DNA of 64,000 nucleotides from a bacterium (GTDB taxonomy: Bacteria > Patescibacteriota > Patescibacteriia > Patescibacteriales > JAKAJF01). Location of the stretch: assembly GCA_021788015.1 (NCBI GenBank), contig JAJYLD010000002.1:135033-199032 (forward strand), given 5' to 3'. The notes under the pieces were generated by a model. It made no database searches. It was given only the letters and a program-made list of their open reading frames with translations, and had not been told where the DNA came from. The position numbers were made by a program, and so were the translations under genes. Of the stretch, positions 42,805 to 52,219 are shown piece by piece (position 1 is the first letter of the stretch; every line of letters starts with the position of its first letter).

Positions 42805-43635
42805 ATGACGATGGAATCGATCACGCCCGACCAGGAGAAGCAGGTTGTTCGTTTTACAGAAGACGCGGCGCGCGCGGCGGCAAGAGAGGTTCTTGAGGAA
42901 ATGTCGGAAATGCTCGGTAAAGACCCCGTTCAAAACGAGGTCATTGAGAAAGGCCACGAACTGCAGGCCGCACTCAAGCCTGTCATTAAGGAAACGTTGA
43001 CCGATTTCCTGGCGGGAAGGACGGCATCTTACAAGACGATGAAAACCATAATCCTGATCAGGACGAATGGTAAGAGCAACCCGTATTTTGACGAGACGTT
43101 CAAGCGCTGGTACAAAATGTGGCGGGATCTCGGGATTAAAAATCCTAATTTCATGGGCATAGCACCGTTCACAGCCCACGAAGGCTACCGCTCTCTGATT
43201 CTGCCCAAAAGCGATCTCATCACTCCGCAGTATCTCTATGACCGCTGCAACGAACGGTTCGACTGCTGGAAATGGACAAGCGGATCGCTCGACAAAGTCA
43301 TGGTCAACGAAAACAGGGGCCGCGACTATGTTGTCTGGTTCCGCGACAGGGTCGAAGCCGATGAAGAGCTTATGGACAAGTCGGCCAACGACCTCACGAA
43401 ACTCAAATTTCCCGGCATCACCTTAACCGAGCGGGAGCTCCAGGAGTATGACCACTTCAACCGCACCGGCGGCCATTTGGACATTAAAAACATAACCCTT
43501 TGTTCGGGTTCGCGCTATTCCGATGGCACTATGCCGAGCGTCCGCCGGAGCGACGATAGGATGAACGTCAGCTGGGACTACCCGGGCGACTCGAGCGGCC
43601 CCCTGCGTTCCCGTCAGCAGTTTTTTTCCTTCTAG
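42805..43635 (+). CDS. Hypothetical protein in a GC-rich island
   Basis: 276 aa. SD AAGGAGGG lies 5 nt upstream. Codons are G/C-ending, unlike the neighbouring genes. No motif recognised. Confidence 0.6.
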   Translation: MTMESITPDQEKQVVRFTEDAARAAAREVLEEMSEMLGKDPVQNEVIEKGHELQAALKPVIKETLTDFLAGRTASYKTMKTIILIRTNGKSNPYFDETFKRWYKMWRDLGIKNPNFMGIAPFTAHEGYRSLILPKSDLITPQYLYDRCNERFDCWKWTSGSLDKVMVNENRGRDYVVWFRDRVEADEELMDKSANDLTKLKFPGITLTERELQEYDHFNRTGGHLDIKNITLCSGSRYSDGTMPSVRRSDDRMNVSWDYPGDSSGPLRSRQQFFSF

Positions 43636-43657
43636 CTTTGTTCCTTTTTACCTTATC

Positions 43658-43691
43658 CCCGCTTTCAATTTTTATGAAGGCGGGTTTTTTT
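43658..43691 (+). terminator. Strong intrinsic terminator of the island gene
   Basis: A 9-bp stem (CCCGCTTTC/GAAGGCGGG) followed by T7. Confidence 0.7.
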
Positions 43692-43740
43692 AAAAATAAT
43701 TTTCTTTAAAATAATTTTATCTCGGGAATGATAGAATTAG

Positions 43741-43813
43741 TTTGTAGGTTGTAGTGAGTGGTGAGTAGTTTAGTTTTAAAAAAAACTACAAACTACCAGC
43801 TACCAACCTACAA
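43741..43813. repeat. GTAG/CTAC-word long hairpin
   Basis: TTTGTAGGTTGTAGTGAGTGGTGAGTAGTTTAGTTTT, then A8, then CTACAAACTACCAGCTACCAACCTACAAA. Confidence 0.65.
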
Positions 43814-43876
43814 ACTATTTTATTATTTTTTAAATCACCCCTGCCTCTCTTTATCAAAAAGGGCATAAACGAACCT

Positions 43877-45397
43877 ATGTCTTCAAAAATTTTATCCGCG
43901 GCCGTGATCGGTTTAAACGCCGAGCTTGTTGAAGTCGAGGCCGATACGGCGAACGGTCCCTGGGGCCAGTTTACCGTAGTCGGTTTGCCGGACGCAGCCA
44001 TTTCCGAATCGCGCGAAAGAGTAAGGAGCGCGGTCAAAAATTCCGACTTGCCTTTTCCGAAACGGAAAGTAATCGTGAATCTGGCGCCGGCCGATTTAAG
44101 AAAGCAGGGCCCGAGTTACGATCTGCCGATCGCGATCAGCATTCTTCACGCCACATCGAGAATTTTTATCAACGATAATCTCGAAGAAACTCTTTTTATT
44201 GGCGAGTTGGCGTTAAACGGATCGCTTCGACCGGTAAACGGAGTTTTGCCGATCGCAATTTACGCCAAGACCAAAGGCGTAAAGAAAATTTTCGTTCCCA
44301 CTCTGAACGCGAAAGAAGCAAAACTGGTCGGCGATTTGGAAGTTTATCCCGTCGGCACTCTCACTGAATTGATTTTGCATTTGGAAGGAAAAAGGGCGAT
44401 TGAACCGATTCCGGCGAGCGATTTCGACTTTTCCAATTTGGAAATTTCTTTCGACATGGCGCATATCCGCGGGCAGGAACATGTAAAACGGGCGATGGAA
44501 ATCGCCGCCGCCGGCGCGCATAATATGCTTATGTCCGGGCCGCCCGGGTCGGGGAAAACCTTGATCGCCCGCACCATGCCCTCTATTCTGCCCGATTTGA
44601 TTCTCGAAGAAGCCTTGGAGCTTACAAAAATTTATAGCGTGGCCGGCCAACTCACCGAAAACGCGAGCCTTGTCAAAAGCCGGCCGTTCCGTTCCCCGCA
44701 TCATACGGCTTCCGGTGTCGCTTTGGTCGGGGGCGGAACTTGGCCGCGGCCGGGAGAAATTTCTTTGGCGCATCGCGGCGTTCTCTTTCTTGACGAATTC
44801 GCCGAATTTCCCCGCCAGGTTTTGGAAAATTTGCGCCAGCCGCTCGAGGAAGGAATAATTCATGTCAGCCGGGCGGCCGGCAATTTAAGTTTTCCCGCGA
44901 AATTTATTTTAATCGCGGCCATGAATCCTTGCCCTTGCGGTTACTTGGGCGATCCGGAAAAAAATTGCATTTGTTCGCCTTCGCAAGCGGTCAATTACCG
45001 TAAGAAAATTTCCGGGCCGATTATGGATCGCATCGATTTGCATATCGATGTGCCGCGGATAAAATTCGACAAACTCACCTCTCTTTCCGCTTCCGAAGAC
45101 TCAAAAACGATTAAAGCGAGAGTTAACCGAGCGCGCGCAATTCAAAAAGAAAGGTTTAAAAATTCCGGTTTTATCACCAATTCCGAGATGACATCGGAAG
45201 CGACCAAGGGTTTTTGCGGATTGGACAACACTTCGGCGAATCTTTTGCGCAACGCCGTCAACCAAATGCATTTGTCCGCCCGCGCCTATTTTCGAATTTT
45301 AAAACTCGCCCGCACCATCGCTGATTTGGCCGGGGAAGAAAAAATTCTCGTTTCTCATCTTGCCGAAGCCTTGCAATATAGGCCAAGATTGGAGTAG
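43877..45397 (+). CDS. YifB/ComM-family Mg-chelatase-like AAA ATPase
   Basis: Lon-like N-terminal domain, Walker A GPPGSGKT, and LFLDEF. Confidence 0.9.
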   Translation: MSSKILSAAVIGLNAELVEVEADTANGPWGQFTVVGLPDAAISESRERVRSAVKNSDLPFPKRKVIVNLAPADLRKQGPSYDLPIAISILHATSRIFINDNLEETLFIGELALNGSLRPVNGVLPIAIYAKTKGVKKIFVPTLNAKEAKLVGDLEVYPVGTLTELILHLEGKRAIEPIPASDFDFSNLEISFDMAHIRGQEHVKRAMEIAAAGAHNMLMSGPPGSGKTLIARTMPSILPDLILEEALELTKIYSVAGQLTENASLVKSRPFRSPHHTASGVALVGGGTWPRPGEISLAHRGVLFLDEFAEFPRQVLENLRQPLEEGIIHVSRAAGNLSFPAKFILIAAMNPCPCGYLGDPEKNCICSPSQAVNYRKKISGPIMDRIDLHIDVPRIKFDKLTSLSASEDSKTIKARVNRARAIQKERFKNSGFITNSEMTSEATKGFCGLDNTSANLLRNAVNQMHLSARAYFRILKLARTIADLAGEEKILVSHLAEALQYRPRLE

Positions 45398-45465
45398 AAG
45401 GCATATTTTACCTTGAGAGAGGGTATATGGTATAATAAAAACATATTTTAAACAAGTCTTTCTAT

Positions 45466-45565
45466 AACTCAAAAGTCAAAAATCAAAACTCAAAACTGCA
45501 ACTTAAAACTCAAAAGTTTTTAGTTTTAAATTTTGGTTTTGAGATTTGAGTTTTGCATTTTGATT
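45466..45565. repeat. CAAAA-word long imperfect hairpin
   Basis: Left arm uses TCAAAA/CTCAAAA words; the right arm is complementary (GTTTTGAG/TTTTGA). A TGGTATAAT box lies at 45427-45435, upstream. Confidence 0.55.
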
Positions 45566-45591
45566 TAAAATTTCGGAACTAAAAAATTAAC

Positions 45592-47001
45592 ATGATTATG
45601 AAAAGAAAATTATTTTTTTTCAGTTTAATTTTTACAACGCTTCTTACCGCCGGTTTCGGCTGCAATCCTTCGTTTACGAACCAAAAAGCCCAGGAAGCCA
45701 TGCAACCGATTACTTTGAATTATTGGCGCGTTTACGACGGTTCCGATGATTTTAAGGACATTATCGCCAATTATCAAAAAATTCATCCTTTTGTAAAAAT
45801 AAACTATCGCGAATTGACGTATGACGAATATCAAAACGCTCTTCTCAACGCTTTCGCGGAAGACAAAGGTCCGGACATTTTTTCGATTCATAACACTTGG
45901 GTAAGAAAATACAAAGATTTGATCAAGCCCTTGCCCGAAACCATCACCATGGCTTATCCGGTTACGCAAGGAACGCTTAAAAAAGTGGTGGTGCCGGTTT
46001 TAAAAACGACAAAAAGCCTTTTGCCTCAAGATGTCGCCAATAATTTCGTGGACGCGGTTTATGGCGACGTGGTTATTCCGGATTCCAAAACGCAAAAAAA
46101 TTTGATTTACGGCTTGCCTTTGTCGATCGATACTTTGGTTATGTATTATAACAAGGATTTGTTCAATAACGCCGGCATCGCCCAGCCGCCCGCTTATTGG
46201 AATGACGAGTTTCAACAGGATGTAAAAAAATTGACCGAGCAGGATACCAAGGGACAGATTGTCCAGTCCGGCGTTTCGCTGGGCGGAACAACAAACGTGG
46301 AAAGGCCGGAAGATGTTTTATCCGTTTTGATGATGCAGGACGGGGCGCAAATGATGGACAATACCGGAGCGGTTGTTTTTGACAATATTCCCAACGGGTT
46401 TCAAGAACAGAATTCCAGTCCGGGAGCTGACGCTTTGCGTTTTTATACCGATTTTGCCAATCCGGCCAAAGAAGTATATAGTTGGAACAGCACTCTCGAT
46501 CCGTCTTTGCAGATGTTCACCGAAGGGAAATTGGCCATGACTTTCGGCTACTCTTATGATTTGCCAACCATTCGTTCCGAGGCGCCGAAACTGAATTTCG
46601 GCATTGCCAATTTGCCGCAAATCGAAAATAATCCCCAAGTCAACTTTGCCAATTATTGGGTGGAAACGGTTTCGAGTAAAAGCCAGCACGCGAACGAGGC
46701 TTGGGATTTTGTTCAATTCGAGACAAGCGCGGAGCAAGCAAAATTATATTTGGGAAAAGCCAAAAAACCGACCGCTTTAAGATCGTTAATCGATTGGCAG
46801 TCAAGCGATCCCGACCTCGGTCCGTTCGTTTCGGAAGTTTTAACCGCGAAGAGCTGGTATCATGGCAACGATCCTGACGCGGCCGATAAGATTATGAACG
46901 ATATGATCGATCAGGTTAATTCTGGACAGGGCAAAATCGAAGACATTCTTCGCTTGAGCGCGATGAAAGTTCAGCAAACGGTGAATGAGAGTAATTACTA
47001 A
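45592..47001 (+). CDS. Extracellular solute-binding protein, ABC sugar type
   Basis: Lipoprotein-like signal (..TAGFGC) and family-1 SBP features. No adjacent permease genes. Confidence 0.65.
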   Translation: MIMKRKLFFFSLIFTTLLTAGFGCNPSFTNQKAQEAMQPITLNYWRVYDGSDDFKDIIANYQKIHPFVKINYRELTYDEYQNALLNAFAEDKGPDIFSIHNTWVRKYKDLIKPLPETITMAYPVTQGTLKKVVVPVLKTTKSLLPQDVANNFVDAVYGDVVIPDSKTQKNLIYGLPLSIDTLVMYYNKDLFNNAGIAQPPAYWNDEFQQDVKKLTEQDTKGQIVQSGVSLGGTTNVERPEDVLSVLMMQDGAQMMDNTGAVVFDNIPNGFQEQNSSPGADALRFYTDFANPAKEVYSWNSTLDPSLQMFTEGKLAMTFGYSYDLPTIRSEAPKLNFGIANLPQIENNPQVNFANYWVETVSSKSQHANEAWDFVQFETSAEQAKLYLGKAKKPTALRSLIDWQSSDPDLGPFVSEVLTAKSWYHGNDPDAADKIMNDMIDQVNSGQGKIEDILRLSAMKVQQTVNESNY

Positions 47002-47005
47002 TAAA

Positions 47006-47446
47006 ATGGAAAAGAAAATTTTTAAAGCGTTAAATTATTTTGTGGCCATATTATTTGTTGGATTTTTAACCATCCCGTTTTTTGTCGTAAGAGCTGATCC
47101 TATTTTGCCGTCAGACGGAGGATGCACTATAGGTGGAACCCATTATGATAATTGCGGAAATTATAAGCTCGATGATTTTGTTCAAATTGGCTTGAATGTC
47201 TCCAAGTGGATTTTGGGTATTAGCGGTTCAGCAGCCTTGCTTATATTCATCTATGGCGGAGTAATGTTTCTGATTTCTGCAGGCAATAGCGAACGAGTGA
47301 AAAAGGGGCAGCAAATTTTAGTCGGCGCGGTTATCGGCATTGTTATCGTTTTCGCGGCTTATACCATCATCGGGTTTATTATCCATGCCATGGGAGTGCC
47401 ACAGTCTACACAAAATCAATGGGCCAGTTCAGGATGGTTTAAGTAG
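47006..47446 (+). CDS. TrbC/VirB2-like pilin, paralog 2
   Basis: The start MEKKIF is preferred. Carries LLIFIYGGVMFLISAGNSERVKKG followed by a second TM helix. Confidence 0.6.
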   Translation: MEKKIFKALNYFVAILFVGFLTIPFFVVRADPILPSDGGCTIGGTHYDNCGNYKLDDFVQIGLNVSKWILGISGSAALLIFIYGGVMFLISAGNSERVKKGQQILVGAVIGIVIVFAAYTIIGFIIHAMGVPQSTQNQWASSGWFK

Positions 47447-47563
47447 AAATTCCAAACTCCTAGATAAATTCAAAATTATAAAATCAAATAACCAAAATGT
47501 TTTGAATTTTTAATTTTTGTCATTTGATATTGTTTAGAATTTAGATATTAGAAATTTTATAAA

Positions 47564-48226
47564 ATGGTTTCATTTCAAGCAAATAAAATTTATCTCGATT
47601 CGGAAACGATTTCCGAGCAACTGCGCGGCGCGAGACAGGCCAGGGGTCTTAAGCTTGGCGATGTGGCAAAAAAATTAAAAATCAATTATAAATATCTCGA
47701 GGCCTTGGAAAAAAATCGGTTTGAGAAATTGCCGGCGGGAGTATACGGTAAAAATTTTTTGCGCGAGTACGCCGTTTTTTTGGGACTGGATGACAGGGAG
47801 ATGATTAAAATTTTTGAACAAGAAAACGCGCCGGCGAGAAAGCAATTCTTTTCCGTCCAAGTCGTAAAAAATTTGCGTTTTATCGCCATACCGAAAGTTT
47901 TTAAAAATTTTTTAATTTTAAGCACGGTGACCGTATGTTTCGTTTATCTCGGTTTGCGGCTCGACAAAATCGTTTCTCCGCCCGCGCTTTCCGTAAACAA
48001 TCCCGCGGAAAATTTAATTACAAGCGCGAGAAATATTTTGGTGTCCGGATCGACCGAAGCGGAAACTGAAATCGTAATCAACGGCGAGCAAATTTTAAGC
48101 GGCAGCGACGGAGCATTTTCAAAAGAAGTCGATTTAAAAAGCGGGATGAATACGATTACCGTCACGGCGATAAAGAAATACGGGAGAGAAAGCACGGTGA
48201 CGAGGCAGATACTGGTAAAAGCATAA
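47564..48226 (+). CDS. RodZ-like HTH membrane protein
   Basis: Cro/C1-type HTH (GLKLGDVAKKLKINYKYLEALE), a TM helix, and a beta-rich C-terminal domain. Confidence 0.6.
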   Translation: MVSFQANKIYLDSETISEQLRGARQARGLKLGDVAKKLKINYKYLEALEKNRFEKLPAGVYGKNFLREYAVFLGLDDREMIKIFEQENAPARKQFFSVQVVKNLRFIAIPKVFKNFLILSTVTVCFVYLGLRLDKIVSPPALSVNNPAENLITSARNILVSGSTEAETEIVINGEQILSGSDGAFSKEVDLKSGMNTITVTAIKKYGRESTVTRQILVKA

Positions 48227-48352
48227 AATTAATTTTGCATTTTAAAATGTCATTTTTAATTTTGATTTTTAAATTTTACATTAAACAATAAATTGAATTC
48301 GGAGCATTCAGATCCTGAGGGTTTGGGATTCGAATCATTCGAATTATATTAT

Positions 48353-49384
48353 ATGAGCGAAGAAAAAATTAAGACCAAGGTTAAGGAGGAAAAAAACGAA
48401 AAATTGGAAGCGGCGATGGCCGCCATGGACCAAATCAAACAAAGATTCGGAGAGGGCGCCATCATGAAATTCGGAGAAGCGAAAAAGACCGATGTCGACG
48501 TTGTTCCGACCGGATGCTTGTCTCTTGATTTGGCTTTGGGAATCGGCGGCGTACCACGCGGAAGAATCATCGAAGTTTTCGGACCGGAATCTTCGGGCAA
48601 GACCACCTTGGCCCAGCACATTGTCGCCGAGGTGCAGAAGATGGGCGGGATAGCCGCTTTCGTCGATGCCGAACACGCTTTGGATCCGGACTACGCGCAG
48701 AAAATCGGCGTGAATGTTAAAGATATGCTTATTTCCCAGCCGGATACCGGCGAACAGGCCTTGGAAATCGTCGAAACTTTGGTGCGTTCGAACGCGGTTG
48801 ACGTAATCGTAATCGACAGCGTCGCGGCCTTGGTTCCGCAAAAAGAAATCGAGGGCGATATGGGCGATGCCAACATGGGATTGCAGGCGCGATTAATGAG
48901 CCAGGCTTTGCGAAAATTGACGGGCATTGTCGCGAAATCGAGAACGATCGTGATCTTTATAAATCAAATCAGATTGAAAATCGGCGTCTTTTTCGGCAAC
49001 CCGGAAACGACAACCGGCGGCACGGCTTTGAAATTTTATTCTTCGGTGCGTATCGAGATAAGACGCGCGGCGCAAATCAAACAAGGCGACAAAATTATCG
49101 GTAACAGGGTGAAAGTGAAAATCGTAAAAAACAAAGTGGCCGCTCCTTTCAGGACTTGCGAATTCGATATTATGTACAACGAAGGTATTTCCATTTCGGG
49201 CGATCTTCTCGATACCGGAGTCGAATACGGCGTAGTTTCGAAATCGGGCAATTCTTACAATTATGGAGATATAAAATTAGGAACCGGAAGGGAAAATGCG
49301 AAAAGATTTTTAAATGAAGACAAGAAGTTGATGAAGGAAATCAGAAAAAAGGTTTTGCAAAAGGTGGAGCAGGAAGAAGAATAA
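48353..49384 (+). CDS. recA: Recombinase RecA
   Basis: GPESSGKTT, and the [10 protein letters not shown] core is canonical RecA. The start MSEEKIK is preferred over the track start at 48293. Confidence 0.95.
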   Translation: MSEEKIKTKVKEEKNEKLEAAMAAMDQIKQRFGEGAIMKFGEAKKTDVDVVPTGCLSLDLALGIGGVPRGRIIEVFGPESSGKTTLAQHIVAEVQKMGGIAAFVDAEHALDPDYAQKIGVNVKDMLISQPDTGEQALEIVETLVRSNAVDVIVIDSVAALVPQKEIEGDMGDANMGLQARLMSQALRKLTGIVAKSRTIVIFINQIRLKIGVFFGNPETTTGGTALKFYSSVRIEIRRAAQIKQGDKIIGNRVKVKIVKNKVAAPFRTCEFDIMYNEGISISGDLLDTGVEYGVVSKSGNSYNYGDIKLGTGRENAKRFLNEDKKLMKEIRKKVLQKVEQEEE

Positions 49385-49403
49385 TTCTTATTGTAATTAT
49401 AAA

Positions 49404-49436
49404 AACTGCGATTCTTTTTTGAACCGCAGTTTTTTA
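49404..49436 (+). terminator. recA terminator
   Basis: Stem ACTGCG/CGCAGT followed by T6. Confidence 0.55.
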
Positions 49437-49652
49437 ATTTCAATTCAAAAGGCAAAAATCAAAATGCAGAATTATCATCGCCTTCGGCGGAACTCCGCCT
49501 TCAATATGAATAATAAATGGCGGGACAATTCAAAATAAAAATTACGAGCGCAGCAAGCTCCTTACTTTTGCATTTTGAGTTTTGACATTCATAAAGTTGG
49601 ATAAAATAAAAACCGCCCCGACCCGAGGCAGTTTTTACTATATAAATACTTT

Positions 49653-50210
49653 TTATGCTCTCTCCACGTATTCTCCCGTATCGGTGTTGACCTTAATCAA
49701 ATCGCCTTCCTTTATGAACATCGGCACGGAAATCTCCGCTCCCGTTTCCAATGTCGCGATTTTCGTCACGCTGCCGACGGAATTGCCTTTAATGCCCGGA
49801 GGAGTACTGACAACTTTTAAATCAATTTTGATGGGCAAATCAAGGGCGACCGGTTTGTCGTCGAAATATAAAATATCGACATCGGTGCCCTCTTTCAAGA
49901 ATTTAATTTTTCCCCCGATTTGTTCCAGGACCAAGCTAAATTGCTCGTATGTTTCATTGTCCATGAAGTAAGCTTCATTTTCGTCTTTATACATGAAATT
50001 GGCTTTCTTTTTCTCAGTTTCCGCCTCTTCGGCTTTGTCGTTTCCTTGAAATGTTTTTTCCAAAATGTTTCCGGAAATCAGATTTCTTAATTTTATTTTA
50101 AGCACGGCTCCGCCCCGGCCCATCTTGTGATGATCGGCTTTTATAACAACATACGGTTCTTCGGAAATACGCAAAAGTTTTCCGACCTTAATTTCACTTA
50201 TAGTTAACAT
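49653..50210 (-). CDS. efp: Elongation factor P
   Basis: The segment VVIKADHHKMGRGGAVLKIKLRNL is canonical EF-P, and the protein has three OB-like segments. Confidence 0.9.
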   Translation of the reverse strand: MLTISEIKVGKLLRISEEPYVVIKADHHKMGRGGAVLKIKLRNLISGNILEKTFQGNDKAEEAETEKKKANFMYKDENEAYFMDNETYEQFSLVLEQIGGKIKFLKEGTDVDILYFDDKPVALDLPIKIDLKVVSTPPGIKGNSVGSVTKIATLETGAEISVPMFIKEGDLIKVNTDTGEYVERA

Positions 50211-50261
50211 AGCGAGAAAGATTTAAAAAAATTTTTTATTCTGAATCGTCCTTGATTATTC

Positions 50262-50420
50262 CTTGTTTTTTAAACACGAAAATAACGAATGTTAACGAAA
50301 TTTAACGAATTAAAATCCGTCTCCAATTTTATTTAAAACATTGTTTAAAAATCGAAGTTCACATTAGCTTTCGTTTTTATTCGTGTGCTATTTGTTTCTT
50401 TCGTGTATGGTAACCGTAGG
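50262..50420. repeat. CACGAAA/AACGAAT-word hairpin element R1
   Basis: The left arm is AAACACGAAAATAACGAATGTTAACGAAATTTAACGAAT. The right arm reads as its approximate reverse complement. Confidence 0.6.
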
Positions 50421-50639
50421 TTACCTAGTGAATGGCAATAAAGCCATGACGCGAGCGCGTTTTATGGCCAAAGCCAATTTGCGTTGATGCCAAGAGCAGA
50501 CCCCGGTTCTTTTTCTCGGCAGAATTTTCATGTAGGAGCTTATAAAATGGCGTAGATTTTCCGCGTCTTTATAATCAATTTCGTTGATATTGTTCGCGCA
50601 AAAATAGCATTGTTTTTCTTTTTTAATTGTGTTATCCAT
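50421..50639 (-). CDS. rpsR: 30S ribosomal protein S18
   Basis: CYFC..IDYKD...L..FIS....ILPRKRTG.C..HQR.LA.AIKRAR. The ATG at 50639 is preferred over the GTG at 50651. Confidence 0.9.
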   Translation of the reverse strand: MDNTIKKEKQCYFCANNINEIDYKDAENLRHFISSYMKILPRKRTGVCSWHQRKLALAIKRARVMALLPFTR

Positions 50640-50644
50640 AATTT

Positions 50645-50789
50645 TAAACACGAAAGATAACGAATATTAACACGAAAATAACGAATTGAAATACAATTTT
50701 GGCCATCGTGTCACTAAGAGAGAATGGGCCAGATGCGGTTTAAATTCGTTAAATTTCGTGTGCCATTCATTTTATCCGTGTATTTTATC
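50645..50789. repeat. CACGAAA/AACGAAT-word hairpin element R2
   Basis: Begins AAACACGAAAGATAACGAATATTAACACGAAAATAACGAAT. The complementary arm is AAATTCGTTAAATTTCGTGTG. Confidence 0.6.
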
Positions 50790-51233
50790 TTAAAAAGGTA
50801 TATCCTCCAATTTTATTTCTTCCTCTCCCGCAGCTTCTTCCATCATCGGTTCGGGTGAATTTATGACCGGTTCGTTATCCATGCGCGGCGCGGAAGAAGA
50901 GCCGCCCGCTCTATCGAGCATAATCATATTTTCGGCCACGATTTCCGTGCGATATCTTTTAACTCCGTCTTGACCGGTCCAATCGCGAGTTTGCAATCGG
51001 CCTTCAATATAAACTTTCGAACCTTTGTGAAGATACTGGCCGCAAATTTCGGCGAGTTTTCTCCAGGCGACGATGTTATGGAATTCGACTTTCTCCTGTC
51101 TTTGACCGGATTGATCAGTCCAAATCAAGTTGGTGGCGACCGAGAAAGAAGCTACCGAAGCTCCGTTCGGAGTTTTTTTAATCTCGGGATCCCGGGTTAG
51201 ATTCCCGATAATCATGGCTTTGTTTAAATTCAT
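50790..51233 (-). CDS. ssb: Single-stranded DNA-binding protein
   Basis: The start MNLNKAMIIGNLTRDPE is preferred. OB fold, with the C-terminal tail ..EDIPF. Confidence 0.9.
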   Translation of the reverse strand: MNLNKAMIIGNLTRDPEIKKTPNGASVASFSVATNLIWTDQSGQRQEKVEFHNIVAWRKLAEICGQYLHKGSKVYIEGRLQTRDWTGQDGVKRYRTEIVAENMIMLDRAGGSSSAPRMDNEPVINSPEPMMEEAAGEEEIKLEDIPF

Positions 51234-51359
51234 ATTTTTGAGTATAATCCGAATGATGCGAACTGGAATTCCGAAAACCTCAAACATTTTGTCATCAACC
51301 GTTATTTTAAAAAATATTTATTCGGGCGATTCGGCATTCGTAGATTCGGACTATGTTTA
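51234..51359. repeat. CCGAAT-word hairpin between rpsF and ssb
   Basis: On the minus strand the arms read GTCCGAATCTACGAATGCCGAATCGCCCGAATAAAT and TTTTCGGAATTCCAGTTCGCATCATTCGGATTAT. TATACT-N7-ATG precedes ssb. Confidence 0.5.
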
Positions 51360-51845
51360 TTATATTATACTGTCAGTATCGAGGATTTTATCCAATTTAT
51401 CGTCAAGATCTTTAAGATCAATCTTGTCTTTATCTTTCGCTTTTTCTTTTTCATTTTCATTTTTTTCTTCTTCCGCGTTTTTGGCGGCGATTTTTTCCGC
51501 GATTTTTTTCTCTTTTTCTATTTCTTCCGGAGTTTTAATTTTTTTAGCCACTATTTGATGGCGCAAAACTTCATTCGACATGCGCAAAGACCTGTCCACC
51601 TTATTTAGACTTTCCCCTATTAGATCAAACTCCACGAGCTGGTAATAGCCGTGGTAAAAACCTTTAATCGCGTAAGCGAGTCTCCTTTTCCCCCAGTCTT
51701 GGTTCAAGGTAATTTTTCCGCCGTTATCGGTGATAATTTTGGTTACCTTTTCGGCGATGGGTTTTACTTCGTCCTCGCTGAATTTGTTTGAAACAATATA
51801 CAGCAATTCATAATGAGGAATTTCTGATGACTTTGTTTTTGACAT
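51360..51845 (-). CDS. rpsF: 30S ribosomal protein S6 with a charged C-terminal extension
   Basis: YELLYIV....E......I...I...GG.I......G.R.LAY.I. The start MSKTKSS is preferred because the track N-terminus runs through repeat R3. Confidence 0.85.
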   Translation of the reverse strand: MSKTKSSEIPHYELLYIVSNKFSEDEVKPIAEKVTKIITDNGGKITLNQDWGKRRLAYAIKGFYHGYYQLVEFDLIGESLNKVDRSLRMSNEVLRHQIVAKKIKTPEEIEKEKKIAEKIAAKNAEEEKNENEKEKAKDKDKIDLKDLDDKLDKILDTDSII

Positions 51846-51960
51846 ACAAGATAAACACGAAAGAAACGAATATGGCACGAAGTTAACGAAGAGTTTAAGG
51901 CGAAAATTATTAGCGATTTCCATTTCGTTTAATTTCGTGTAATATTTGTTCAATTAGTGT
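51846..51960. repeat. CACGAAA/AACGAAT-word hairpin element R3
   Basis: ATAAACACGAAAGAAACGAATATGGCACGAAGTTAACGAAG, with complementary arm CATTTCGTTTAATTTCGTGT. Confidence 0.55.
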
Positions 51961-52219
51961 CTTTAAAAAAAAGATATCCCAGGCATTCTCATGAATAACT
52001 GGGTTTTCGAGAATACCTTTCCTACGTCCGTAGGATAAATCCCTTTCGGGAATTGGGAAGGCAGTAACTTAAATTATATTAGCACATTAACATAGACATA
52101 AAAAAATTGCAAGAGACTAAATTTTGTGCTAATCTTTATAAAATAAACAAGAAGATAAATAAGAACAAGAAGACAAAATTTTTAAAATCTTATTTTTCTT
52201 CTTGCTCTTATTTATTTTT

